Below, piece by piece: positions 12,875 to 26,164 of a stretch of DNA of 64,000 nucleotides. A program made the translations under genes and the position numbers. The stretch is from Octopus bimaculoides (taxonomy: Eukaryota): the NCBI RefSeq assembly GCF_001194135.2, contig NC_068992.1, positions 61,676,460 to 61,740,459 on the forward strand, written 5' to 3'. The stretch's first letter is position 1. Every line of letters starts with the position of its first letter. The notes under the pieces were generated by a model. It was not told where the DNA came from, ran no database searches, and saw only the letters and a list, made by a program, of their open reading frames with translations.

Positions 12875-13786
12875 TCTCGATAGGAGAATATTCTACTTCA
12901 AAGTAATGGTGTCAGATCACAAATTGTTGATGCAACATTAAAGAGATCTTTTCTTTGCGGTCATGTGGAAGTAGTGGAGTTGACAACCAATCTAAGACTT
13001 CTTGCAGAAGGTCATTCTGATGAAAGAGAATTTGCTAATTACCTTCTTGATGTAGGAAATGGTAACATTTCTGTTGAACAAAGCCTAGGTGAATTCAAAA
13101 TCAAACTACTCAATGACCTTTGCCTTGAAAGTGGTACTCTTTCAGATCTATATGCTGACAAAAATAACTTAACAAACCCTGTGTGGCTTGCAAATAGAAC
13201 CATTGTTACTCCAACAAATGAAGCAGTACAATTTGTGAATGATTCTCTGTTGACCAGAACCCCTGATAAGCTAAAAATATACAGAAGCTCAGATACAGTT
13301 GATAATGAAACTACCCAATTGAGTTCATCAACAAACTTACACCATCAGGGTTTCCACCACACTTTCTTAAACTGAAGGAAAAGTAATGCATAATGCTTCT
13401 GAGAAATTTAGATGCTCCCAATGGACATTGCAATAGCACACACTACATCAATGTCAGTTTATATGATCATGTTATTGAGGGTGCTTCTGCTCCTTATGCA
13501 GGATTAGCTCTACTAACCCCAAGAATATCACATGTATCTCAAGAAATGGAATTTCCATTCACATTTACACACAAACTATTTCCTGTCAAGCCAGCTTTTT
13601 CCTTGACGTGCAACAAGGCACAGGGACAGACTTTTGAACAAATCAGAATATATCTTCCAACAGAGTTCTTCTCAAATGGTCAGCTGTATGTTGCATTATC
13701 TAGAGTTCAAAAGAAAAAAATTGGCTGAGAGAAATGGAAACAGTATAATTACTGACAATTGTGTCTACAAGGAGATACTACTTTAA
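12875..13786 (+). pseudogene. Helitron Rep/Hel C-terminal PIF1-family helicase fragment (frameshifts and stops)
   Basis: Translated pieces QIVDATLKRSF..LTTNLR..EFANYLLDVGNG, YPIEFINKLTPSGFPPHFLKLKEK*CIMLLRNLD, TCNKAQGQT (motif V), GQLYVALSRV (motif VI) and the typical terminus TDNCVYKEILL* (stop 13784-13786). Confidence 0.92.
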
Positions 13787-15269
13787 AGCAAAATATGCTT
13801 TTTAGCAAGTTTCAGTAAGTAGAATTAACACATGAATTATATGTAAAGTAACATATATTTGTGTGGAATTAAATTGTTTTGGCATATTTCAACACATACC
13901 AAATGAATGATATCATTTTAAATTTATATTTGCAAAAGTAAGGAAACGCCATTCCCATGTGTTCTCACAGCACCAGACTTGTGTATGTGTGTATCCATCC
14001 ATCCATGCACATCTATGTAAGTTCTACCAATTATTAATGATAGATATATATATTTAACAGATTGACTCTTTAAAAAAGAGAGATTATGACTGTGATAAAA
14101 TAATGAAAGCAATATTTACTAAGCAAGTGAGCACTGTTATACAAAGAAATAATTAGACATCAGATATCATAAAAATTATCAGAATTGGGAATCAAATGTG
14201 GAATTATTATCGAGTGGCTAGCAGAAAACTGCCCGGAAGGAAGTCTTTCTGCTAGTATATACTATGTAGAGTTGTAAGCCAGAAAATATAACATTTACTG
14301 ACTGACACAGTTAACTGAACCAGTTACACAGTTATAAACATAGTCACGAGACCAAGTTATAACGAGTTACACCAACAGAGTGACACTGTTATCGAAAGAA
14401 TTTACATGTATACACAATTACAGAAAATATGTCCTACTGAAAACATTTCATTCCATCCTTGTCGAAATATAACAAAACTACTAAGTAAACAAAAACAATG
14501 TTGAAACGCAGTGTTTTATGTACATATGTGTGGTGGGAGTAGAGAGGGAGGGATAGAGGAAGGGTTACACAAGTCAATAGCTGGAGTTTAAAGAATAAAG
14601 AAGGAACAGGAGATGAAGTTTATTGATCTTTAAAGTGATTCAGGCCATAAAACGAAGAAGCTTGGCAATAAGGTTAGTTTCTATAGCAACAAGTATGCTT
14701 TAGTTTCAGTGAGTAATTAGATTGAGATGTTTAAGTGAGGTAGGTCTGTTGTTGTGAATGGAGAAGGAGGAATCAATGTAGAAAGAAGTTTGGGATGAAG
14801 TCGAGGGACAATGAAGCTCACCAACTCGTTAACTAACTTATGATTTAACTACCATCTTAAACCACCAACCAGTTTAACAAATCCCAGATACAGATGCAAA
14901 AAGAAACAAAACTGCACCACAATAAATTATTATATCGTTGCCACTGCTCCACCCCCAGCATTCAGCCATAGTTTGATAGAAGTGGCTTGATTAGCTGTGA
15001 TAAGGAAAGGGATTAATTTCAAATGTTAATATCCTTCGATAATCAAACATATATGGTATTAAAATCGCTATACAGTACACACACATATACACATGTACAA
15101 GAACACAAACATATACACACATACATACACAGAGGTATATATACACACATACCGACATCGTTGACTAGTATAGCATTGAAACAAACCACTTAGTAGTAAT
15201 TTATTAACTGAAGAAGCTGCCAAGAACGTGTTTGTCTTGTTTCAACATTCATTCTTCCACGTTTGCAGA

Positions 15270-15690
15270 GGATGGATGGAATTTACTGAGGCAGATTTTC
15301 TATACCTGGATGACCTTCCTTTCATCAACTCTCACCTGCTTCCAAGCAAGGCAATATATCCTATGACAGGACACGTTTTTTTATGGAAGACTGGAAACAA
15401 ATGACCCGGCTTGTTTGGTAGAGAGATTCACTTACAATGAACATGTAACATGAAGAAAAAGAGAAACACACACAAGATTATTATCAAGATGTAATGTCTA
15501 TTTGCTATGCTGGCAAGGGTTGGGTTGCTTGACAGGCACTGGCAAGACCAGGTTCCACATCAGGATTCCATAGTCTGCATATAAATAAATAACTTTACGC
15601 ACATATATATACCTTTTATCTTTTACCTGTTTCAGTCATTAAACTGCAGCAATGCTGGGGCACCACCTTGAATTTTTAGTCACTTGAATC
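15270..15690 (-). mobile_element. Cluster of SINE tail fragments (A2 module, R tail, A1 tail)
   Basis: gaggcagattttcta.., ttgacagg..ccaggttccacat and cttttacctgtttcagtcattaaactgcagcaatgctgggg are rc tail motifs. Confidence 0.6.
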
Positions 15691-16487
15691 AATCCACAGG
15701 TGTAACCATGATGTTCTGATGACTAAGCTTTCTCTATTTGCATTAATTTGTGAATATACAATTGTATAATGCTGAGCATACACATAAGTATAATGTTTTG
15801 CATTCCAAAATTAAAACTGCATGAAGTTATGAAACAGATGTAATCCTATGGAAATCATATGGTAAAATAATCTATCTTCCCATCTCTCACCTCCTTACCT
15901 TTTGCATTATAGCACAGATTTTCCGTTAACATGAACTCATCACATTACACTACAACATAATTGAGAACTATGTTGACTGATAGCCAAGAGCATAGGAGGA
16001 GCTTACTGCAATAGCCATACAAATCTCTGAATCTATATTTTATACAACTCAGTATATCAATATACACAGGATTTAAATTCAAGCTGCCATCAGTTTCATG
16101 CTTTTAGTTTCTTTCAGATTCAAACATACATGTTGGATATTTGAATCTAAAAGATCGCTTGGTAACATATAGCATGCTTTACAAGTTTGTCTGACCATTG
16201 TGTTTTCATAGTATGAAACTGATAGTAGTAGCTTGACTTTAAATCCTATGTATAAAAAATATTCATCTCTCACTGAATGAAGTAATTTCTTCTTGATCCT
16301 GCCAATAATGGAACAGTACATTATATATTAGATTGGATTGGATTGCTTATGTTCAGTTAACTGCAGGATGCTCTTTCTACCAACCACATGCTCTTTCTAC
16401 TAACCACACTCTGAGAGTGATGGTGTTAATGTTATAGGGCCTACTCACAAGGAAGGGGATCAGAATATAAGTGAGATGGTAGAGTAA

Positions 16488-16521
<34 letters not shown>

Positions 16522-19500
16522 GGAGGGGCAAGTGACAAGGCATACTCTCAGAGTACAAGTGGCAAGGTATTGCCAAGGGAGGGTGAGTACAGAGTGAATG
16601 GATGCACAAAGTGTTGGGGTAGGGAATGCAGTGACTGGCAAAAACCTGGGTGTATAGAAGGGGTGGTTGACTATGGTATGGCAATGATACAGTGAGCAGG
16701 GCAGTGAGGACAGAAGTGGGGAGCAAGAGTTAAACATGAAAGAGGAAATGTGTGGAAAAGAGATGTAGTTTGATTTGTCTGGGTAGGGTGTGTGAAAAGT
16801 TTTGTTACATGTGCGTTAACCTTCAATAATTCAATTTGCAACAGGGGGATTTTGACCAAGGATACAGTGAACTGTTGAAATTTGTACGATTTAGCCAAAC
16901 GTTTATCCGAAAGTCAATACCCTCAACTGATCTGCTGAGGTTTTAAGAGCTACGGACTCTGTCAAGTAATGTTACTCCAGACAGCCTTCGGGGGCGAACC
17001 CCATTTTGCTTGCTGGTATTTACAGTTGTACTCTTTCTGTCCTTACCCAACATTCATCAAAATTATATATTAGGGAGACAAAAATAAGACCCATGGGCCA
17101 GATCCAGTTCTCTGCAATGTCTGGTCTATTCCCAACCTTCCTGTAGCTCAATTTTATTTTAAAAATTCTTTTATCCCCTTACATTCATACTTTGGATAAA
17201 ACAATGAATACTTCATTTAGATTACTTTATCTTGCCATCAATCTATTTATGTTTTATGTTTTTAACAAATAACTGGCCTTCTGGCATAAGTCAATGAGGA
17301 AACTTCTACATGAACTTCATTTGACCTGCTAGAGACAACAGCCAAATCTCCTTCAAATCACACATACTTTCTTTAAAAATAAGGAAGTAAAAACACATTG
17401 AATGATGTAGTCCTAGATACATTATTCTTGAGAAGAAGAGAGGATGGTCACAGCCAGAATACTGTTAATTGTAGGTCTGCTTGATCAAGACTGATTTGGT
17501 ACTAAATAAGGAGGTTAGTGATGGTCTATGGCTGACACAAATAAGACCAGAAATGAAAAAACAAAAGGTGTGTAATGGTGTGACATGATGAAGTGAAAAC
17601 TAATGCTTCAAGTGTGGCACTTTGGTGAAGAAATAAAGGATCAGCTAATTAGTTTTTCCCCCCACCGTTCCATTCTTTCTCAAATGTATGTCCCCACCAT
17701 CACCACAACTAGAAACCTCAGTCTATCTCTCATCTCACTGACAAACCGATATACACTTCTATTATTTACAGTTTGGAAAGACATCCTCCATAGTAATGGT
17801 GCAACTACAAACACATCTGGTCCATTTAACAAAGTGGTTGGCGTCTTTCTTAATTACTGCCACTGCCAAAACATTCTGCTATAAAATGAAAAAAATAACC
17901 TTAAAATATTGAAAAGTGTAATAATTATACAAGCATGTTGAGATGATGTGGCATGCAGAAGAGGAGAGTGAGTAGTACCCGGTGTGAGTACTCCTAGATA
18001 GATTAAATAAAAAAAATAAATAAATACCTTTTAAAAACATGAATTAATATTAAGGTAGGTAGTATTAATTAATGGAAGTAGAACCAGGAGTACAAATGTT
18101 TACATGGAGGCAGAATAAGAGGGAGAGCCAAAAGTATAATTGTCCAGATAAAGGTGACATTCTATTTATAGTTTGCAGGAAGTGAAAACTATTTCTGTCA
18201 TATTAATCACTGAGAACTGCATCACTGAGTGTATAGACAGATTGGCTAGATTAATCACTTATAACACTAGAACTGTGTCAGCCACACTAATCACAAATAA
18301 CTCTAGCACTAGGTGTATAGTTATATAAAGAGTGGGGAGATTATTATAATATACACCAGTTTTAGCTTGATTAAACAATATAATTATGGTATTGTTTTAT
18401 TCGCCTCAAGAACATCTTTATTCAGACACTGCTATGTATATATGTCTATTAGCATGAGCAACAAATGACCAGAAGAATGAAGACAAGTACCTTGAAGTGA
18501 GAGGTCAAAGTAGGAAAATATTTTGAATGGCAGTTTTGCACAAAATGTCTTAAAATTAGGTTGTAACAAGGAGTACCTTTAAAGCAAAAGGCTATGGTGG
18601 CTGGCAACAAGGAGGACATGACAAGAAGTATCTGAAAGTGAAAGGTGATGATGAGGTATATCTTATGTATATATATAAAAAAAACATCTTAACACTGGAA
18701 TTACACTGGAGCTCAGGACAGGAATCTACTCTTATAAGAACCTGTGTATCGTGAATGATATTGCAAAATCTATCAGAAAATTCACAAAAGTTAAAAAATA
18801 TGGAAGGTACACTGTTCAGGTGTGATATTGTACAGCAATCAAAGAATGGCAGTAAGTACAGGAATTGGACAGGAGCAAAGTAAGAACTGATGAGCAATAG
18901 TAACACACAAGAAAGGCTGAGGATGAGTGAGTTACAAAAACACTAGTTGTTGTATATACAGGAGATAGACTGTGCTGGTGTGGAGATAGAACACAAGCAG
19001 ATGATACATGATGGTTAAAAAAAAAAAAGGGGCTGTTTGCTACTGGTAAGTAAAAGTCAACTACAAAAGAACAGTGTATAAAGAGTTAAGTCAGTCCTGA
19101 AAATAAACAGTGTATCTGTCTTCAGATGGTCAACATATTTATGAACAGTGTCACCTAAGGGATCACACAATGACAATAAGGAACAGTGTTTTCAGAAGAT
19201 TAACATGATGATAGTGATAAATAGTCTCACCAGATGGTTGAAACGGGATATGGTTAAGATGTCTAATTTTATCTCACAGAGCAGAGTTCAAATATTATGA
19301 AAGGCATTGCATGGTTGGATAACATATTATGTTCTCATTAAGCATTAACAACCAAGATTACAAATGTAGTGCAATATTACCAATTATGAAACATCAAATT
19401 GAGTAAATTACAATGATAGTATAAATCAGAGATACTGTACTGGGATGTGGAGAAATTATATTGAAATATGTAATTAACAAGACATGTAAAGTATAGCATA

Positions 19501-20520
19501 AATAAATTAAAATTGATTATCCATTTAGCTTGGTTTTAACTGAGACACAGTTTGATATGAGGAAAGTCATCAGTGTAGTAAGTGGAATACCATATTCTTA
19601 AATACTGACTTAGCCTTAAAGACCCACATCAAACAGAAATTTACACCTGATTTCTAATTACTTTCCAGTTTAAAGCCATTGCAAAATCAATACAAGCAAA
19701 CAACTAAAATATATGCAAAGATGACATTAAAAACACATTGCCACCTACAGACAATATTAAGGAAAAAGGAAAACAAGCTCTATATAAAGAGATTATTTAT
19801 GTATTTATATCTTTAGTCCATAAAATAAAGATACAACAACTTTTACATAATTTGATATTATATTGGAAAGTATTACAAAGTCGTTTATCTAAGTTTCCAA
19901 GTTATTAAAAGCAATTTGCTATGGTTAACGAGTCATTCTGATGCAATGAGCAGAGAATGGTTTCATTGTAATTGTGCATAAAAGTTTCTTCCCCACCCAA
20001 ACTCATCCTCCGTTTCCATTTGTATCCACTGTACAACTGCAACAGCTTCAAACTAAAATTTCATTTCAACACATTGAAACTGTTTTCATATAAGGAAAAA
20101 CAAAAAGCAAAAGCACATTTGATTGAATTTACTTTGAGCTTAAAGAGAGAGAGAGAGAAAGCATTGCAAACAAAATGTGAAAAATGTAAGAAAAATCTTA
20201 TAAAAGAAGGTTTAAACATCTACTTGAGAATAAGCAGTAGTTAAGTAATAGATTTTAATGTCAGGGATAGAAAGAGAGGAAGGGTGTAGAAAACTAAATC
20301 TCTGTGCATGTGTGCGTGTATGCACTGGTTGTTAGATACTAATATTTATCCAATTATAGCAACAGCTATCAACTGAAACAAAAACAAATCTACTCTCACC
20401 TCCCTTTCCTCTCGATGGGTAAAATATATAACAACTATTAAGCAGTTATTGTAGAACAGTATGCAAAAAGCAATAAGATGCCACTTTCAGATTTTCTTTT
20501 GTTTTGTTTCCTGCTATATA

Positions 20521-20869
20521 CATCGTCATCGTCGTTTAACATCCGCTTTCCATGCTAGCATGGGTTGGACGATTTGACTGAGGACTGGTGAAACCAGATG
20601 GCTACACCAGGCTCCAATCTGATTTGGCAGAGTTTCTACGGCTGGATGCCCTTCCTAACGCCAATCACTGAGAGAGTGTAGTGGGTGCTTTTACGTGCCA
20701 CCCGCACGAAGGCCAGTCAGGCGGTACTGGCAACGGCCACACTCAAGATGGTGTATTTTATGTGCCACCTGCACAAGAGCCAGTCCAGGGGCACTGGCAA
20801 CGATCTCGCTCAAAAATCCTACGAAGGCCAGTCAGGCGGTACTGGCAAAGGCCACGCTCAAAATGGTGT
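20521..20869 (-). mobile_element. Young CpG-rich R-family retroposon with an internal 49 bp direct repeat, running into a gap
   Basis: Tail catcgtcatcgtcgtttaacatccgctttccatgctagcatggg; repeat acgaaggccagtcaggcggtactggcaa.ggccac.ctcaa.atggtgt at ~20706 and 20821. Confidence 0.8.
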
Positions 20870-20981
20870 NNNNNNNNNNNNNNNNNNNNNNNNNNNNNNN
20901 NNNNNNNNNNNNNNNNNNNNNNNNNNNNNNNNNNNNNNNNNNNNNNNNNNNNNNNNNNNNNNNNNNNNNNNNNNNNNNNNN

Positions 20982-21025
<44 letters not shown>

Positions 21026-21039
21026 TGTGTATGTGTCCT

Positions 21040-21232
21040 CAACCACTGCTTGACAACTGGTGTTTATGAGTCAGTAACATAGCAGCTTGGCAAAAGAGAC
21101 CAATAGAATAAGTACCAGATTTAAGAAAGTACTGGGGTCAATTCATCTGACTAAAAATTCCTCAATGCAGTACTCCAGCATGGCTGCAGTTTAATAGCTG
21201 AAACAAGCAAACAGTAAAAGACTTGATAGAAA
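21040..21232 (+). mobile_element. SINE-A1 3' module
   Basis: ttgacaactgg...gaccaatagaataagtac...ctccagcatggctgcagt..ctgaaacaag..taaaaga. Confidence 0.75.
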
Positions 21233-21556
21233 TTTAAATACATTATAGAAGAATTTTATCTAATGCTATCACGGAAACAACAGAGCTTTAATCAGCAACA
21301 ACTGTTGCAATGCAGGCAATGAAAACATATCAGATACATACTAAAACCAACCACATTATTGAGGACGTCACATTATTTAGGTGAGGTTGATTTAAAGTCT
21401 TCTGGAATCATTAAAAATTAAAAAAATGTGTAAAACCAATGATATAAGATATGCAGATATAGTTTGGGCTACACACAAAATAGAATGAAAAGGTTAAAAA
21501 AAAATTTAATTGCCTACACCTCACCTAATATAATAGGAATCAATTATTACTATTAT

Positions 21557-22095
21557 TACTTTGCCTTTCATCTTTTCAGGGTTGATGAAAAAAGTAGCAG
21601 TTGAGCCCTGGGAGTCAATGTAATCATCAGTCCCTCTTCTCCAAAATTTCAGGCCTTGTGCCTACAGTAGAAAGAACTATTATTATCATAATTTTTACTA
21701 CTACTACTACTACTACTACTACTCTACCAGGTTGATTTTGCCTTTCATTCTTCTGGGGGTTGATGAAAAAGGACCAGTTAAACAATGGGACAGATGTAAG
21801 TGACCAGCCCCTTTCCCAAAATGTCAGGTCTTATCTATAGAAGAAAGGATTATTATCATTTTTGCTGCTACTATAACTAAGGCAGTGAGCTGGCTTAATT
21901 GTTAACTTGATAAACATAGTAGCTTAGTAGCATTTCTTCAGATTATGTGCTGAGTTCAAATTCCAGTGAGGTCGACTTTGCCTTTCATTCTTTCGACAAA
22001 TTGAGTACCAGTTATACACTGCGGTCGGTGTAATCGATTAGCTCCCTCCCCCAAAATGTGCCTATTGTAGAAAGGATCATTACTATTATTATTAC
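21557..22095 (+). mobile_element. Head-to-tail array of three SINE-B copies (two 5'-truncated, one full length)
   Basis: Core ctttgcctttcat... appears three times, each copy ending gaaag(g)a.tattatt; full tRNA-like head ggcagtgagctggc at ~21880. Confidence 0.85.
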
Positions 22096-23469
22096 TGTTG
22101 TTGTTCAAAGGCAATCCTGATAGCTGTTTGTAGAAGAAACTATTGTTAAAAATGTCAATGGAGGAAAAGAAATATATTTACAAAATATTTATTGAATTTG
22201 ATTGCAGAAGAAAAAAAAATAATTCTATTGATTTGATTTTGTTTTCAAAGTAAAGCTAGATAAAAGAAGGAACAAAAAAAAAAAAAAAAAAAAAAAAAAA
22301 AACATAAATGTGACCTTGTGTCTAGGTTAAGGAAAGTACAGTTTGCCAAGAACTCTTTTTAATATAATTAAGAATACATAGCTTCAGATGGGCAATTCTA
22401 ACAGATGAGTATCCATAATGGAAGGAGAAATTAGCTTATTTGTAGTCATGGATACTGTAAATAAAACTTGGGTAATTTTTTCTCATCATATATTACACAT
22501 ATATCCATATATCCACACCTAAATTTTCCAGAATTTTAATTTTGCCAAAATTATTCTGCAGACAAGATTTTTAAATTTTGCAGTTATTAAAACAGAAACA
22601 TTTGTGAATTTAACAAACCAAAACAAAGGTAAAAAGATGATGGGAAAACCACATGAAGGAATATAGCAATGTGGGATGAAACAGATTTCCATTCTAGCTG
22701 AAGGTAAAGAAATAATTTGTTTACTGTATTTTCAAGCATACAAGTTGACATAGTATGTAATGTAAACGTTCAAACATCATTGCTATCTTCCAAATCCTGC
22801 TGCATTTCACAAGGAAACTTTGGCTCTCCAAAGTCATCTTAGTGTATAAGTTGATCAACATTTTAGGGCCGTAAATTTTGGCTTCAAAAATTTGACTTAT
22901 ACATCAGAAAATATGGTCTTTAGATTACTGAAAGCCATTTAGCATTTAGAAGGGCATCCAGCAGCAGAAACCAAGCCAAAACAGACTATGGAACTTAGTG
23001 CAGCCTTTAGCCTTGCCAACTCCTGTCAAGCCATTCAACCCATGCCAGCATATAAAATGGACATTAAATGATGATGATGATCATCATCATTCCTTAGAAA
23101 CTAGTTCTTCAGAAGTAGTAAAAAAAAAAAAAAAAGCTAAATTACTAATCTTATTTCAGTTACACATTTATTTTCCAAATGTGTTTATTAACATTTGAAT
23201 TAAGCAAAAAAATAAATAAAAGACTTAACTGTAAATTCAATGTATCTCCCCCACCCATAATAAAAGGGTTAATTTCAATTTCAAATCTTCCCCCATACTG
23301 TGACAAATTGATTATCTCCCTTGTAATAGCTGTAACTATCTGAGGGACTATTTGTATTTATTAATGTTATCTTGTAAAAGCCAATTTCCTTTACAAAAGG
23401 AAATGAAATCAAAAGAAGAAATGGACAACTAAATTATAAGTTAATACCAGCTTGACTAATTATCATCTT

Positions 23470-23850
23470 ATCTTTTATCTTTATATGGTTTATGTCACTG
23501 GACTGTGGCCATGTTGGAGCATTGCCTTAAAGGGTTTAGTCAAACAAATCAAGCCTAGTATTATTATGTCTGGTAGTTAGCCTACTGATCTCTTTTGTTG
23601 AATCCTGAAGTCATGAGAATACAAAAAATCAACACCAATTGTCAAGTGGTGGTGGTGGTGGGGGACAAGCACAAGACATGAACAAATACACACACACAAA
23701 GGCTTTGTTTCAGTTTCCGTCAACCAAATCCACTGTCAAGTCTTCAGTTGGTCCATGGCTATAGTAGAAAACACTTGCCCAAGGAGTCACATGGCAGGAA
23801 TGAACCCAGAACAATGTGATTGAGAAACAAACTTCTGTTCACACAGCCAC
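23470..23850 (-). mobile_element. SINE-A1, full length
   Basis: Tail, internal (CA)n, core and head all match the rc of 45408-45800. Confidence 0.8.
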
Positions 23851-23942
23851 TTACAAAAAGAAATAAAATCAAGAGATAGCTAATTTAAAAGATAACACAA
23901 TATCAGTATGACCAATTATTATTATCATCATTATTATTAAAA

Positions 23943-24170
23943 AGGCGGTGAGCTGGCAGAATCGTTAGCATGCTAGACAAAGTGCTTAGCAGTATTTTGC
24001 CCGTCACTCTGTTCCAAGTTCAAATTCTGCCAAGGTTGACTTAGCCTTTCATCCTTTTGGGGTCAATAAATTAAGTACCAGTGAAACACTGGAGTCAATG
24101 TAATCGACTATCTCCCTTCCCTAAATTTCAAGCCAGGTGCCTATAATAGAAAGGATTATTATTATTATTA
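23943..24170 (+). mobile_element. SINE-B, full length, between (TTA)n runs
   Basis: ggcggtgagctggcagaatcgttagc (A box), gttcaaattc (B box), core gccaaggttgacttagcctttcatccttttggggtcaataaattaagtaccag, tail gaaaggattattattatt. From memory the core resembles the Meta/MESC SINE domain (not aligned). Confidence 0.88.
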
Positions 24171-24752
24171 AAATACAAAATGAACTTAAAAGTACAGTAT
24201 CCAAAACAAAGAAAGAAAGAATTCCTGACTCATTAGCCTAAACTTGGCACCAGCCAGGAAGCCTCTCTTTTGTCATTTGTTTGGCAAATATGTTCAATCG
24301 TTAAATCAGGTGCTATAAATACAGATTGGTTACACTTCCCAAGCAGCAAACTATTTTTAACCTACTCAACAGCTTCTGATCTGACATTTCTTTCTGTTAC
24401 ATTATACTTCAATGTAATTCAAGCAGTTTCAAATGAAATTAAACCTATAGACCTATTTTATTTTCTCTGTAAATATGAATATCAGCCTCATCCATCTCCA
24501 AAACAGTCAAGTGGATCATAAATCAAGGCAATGTTGAAAAGATATTTAAAAAGGTGACCAGCTAGAAGCTAAACTAAATAGAAATTACCAGGAAGAAAAT
24601 ATCTTTTCTGCTTTATATAAAAGTTTGTTCCTACACACATACAGAACCAGTTAATTTTGACAGCAAATACTTCAAATAACGACATTTATACAAAAATGTG
24701 TGTGTGTGTGTGTAGGTAAGTGTGTATGTATGTATGTGTGTGTGTATGTGTG

Positions 24753-24819
<67 letters not shown>

Positions 24820-24994
24820 CAAGTCATTTCCCAATAAACATCAGATCTATTTGCAATGTTCTCATGAAACCAGTTATGAAGATCATTCAATTTTCAACAC
24901 ATACGAAGTAGAATATTTTTACACCATTTTACTCTATACTGATGCATTTATTTATTGAACATAATAATGATAACAATATTATTATTATTATTAT

Positions 24995-25411
24995 TATTAT
25001 TTCAAATTTTAACACAAGGCCATCAATTTTGGGTGAGGGTGTCAGTCAATTATATCAACCTTACTACTCAATTGATACTTATTTTATCAACCCCTAAAAG
25101 GACAAAAAGCAAAGCTGACAGAATCTGAACTCAGAAGATGAAGATGAACGAAATGTCATTAAGCACTTTGCCCAGTTTGCTAATGATTCTGCTGCCTTAA
25201 TGAAAATTATAATAATTATCCTTTCTACTTTTAGGGGAAGGGGACTAGTCAATTACATTGACTCCAGTGTTTCACTGGTATCAACCCTGAACAGATGAAA
25301 GGCCAAGTCAACCCTGGCCGAATTTTAATGCAGAATGTACTGACAGACAAAATGCTGCTAAGCATTTTACCCAGCAAGCTAATGATTCTGCCAGCAATAA
25401 TAATAATTATA

Positions 25412-25442
<31 letters not shown>

Positions 25443-26075
25443 NNNNNNNNNNNNNNNNNNNNNNNNNNNNNNNNNNGTGACTAGTCAATTACATTGATCC
25501 CAGTGTATCACTGGTAATTAATTTATCAACTCTGAAAGGATGAAAGGCAAAGTCAACGCTGGCAGAATTTGAACTCAGAACATAGCGACAGGCAAAATAC
25601 CGTTAAGCATTTCGCCCAGTGCACTAAAAATTCCGCCAGCTCACTGCCGTATGGTTTCAAATTTTGCCACAAGGGCAGGAATTTTGCGGGAGGGGATAAG
25701 TCGATTACATTGATCCCAAAAGGATGAAAGGCAAAGTCAACCTCGGAGGAATTTAAGCTCAGAACATGGCAATGGGTGAAATACCGTTAAGCACTTTATC
25801 CAGCAAGCTAATGATTCTGCCAACTCGCCACCTTGATGATGATGATGATAATAATAATAATAATGGCTTCAAAATTTAGCATGAAACCAGTAAATTTAGG
25901 GGAGGAGAATAGACAATTGCATCAACCTCAGCGCTTGATTGGTACTTATTTTATTGACCCCAAAAGGATGAAAAACCAAGTCAACTTCAGCAGAATTTGA
26001 ACTCAGAACATAATGAGCTAGATCAAATACCACTAAGCACTTTGGTGTACTAACAATTCTACCAGCTTGCTGCCT
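24995..26075 (-). mobile_element. Head-to-tail array of about five SINE-B copies
   Basis: Co-oriented copies start near 25000, 25219, 25477, 25651 and 25863, mostly separated by (TAA)n/(TGA)n runs. Confidence 0.85.
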
Positions 26076-26128
26076 TGATAATAATAATAATGATGATGAC
26101 GATAATAATAATAATAATGATGATAATG

Positions 26129-26161
<33 letters not shown>

Positions 26162-26164
<3 letters not shown>

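Noticed and set aside
15208-15240. CTGAAGA..GAAC gtgttt GTC hammerhead-like string
   Set aside because: GAAA incomplete; stems I and II do not pair.
16980-17010. GGCGAA resembling the HDV ribozyme J4/2
   Set aside because: No upstream partner for P2 and no nested pseudoknot could be assembled.
20578-20600. CTGAGGA-ctggt-GAAA-ccag
   Set aside because: The GAAA sits in the loop of the ctgg/ccag hairpin, the wrong topology; part of an R-family element.
23943-24030. tRNA-like sequences with A and B boxes
   Set aside because: They are SINE heads continuing into SINE cores; no complete cloverleaf, so not tRNA genes.
24995-26075. Repeat-spacer appearance suggesting CRISPR
   Set aside because: Units are ~200 bp diverged SINEs separated by microsatellites, in eukaryotic DNA with no cas genes.
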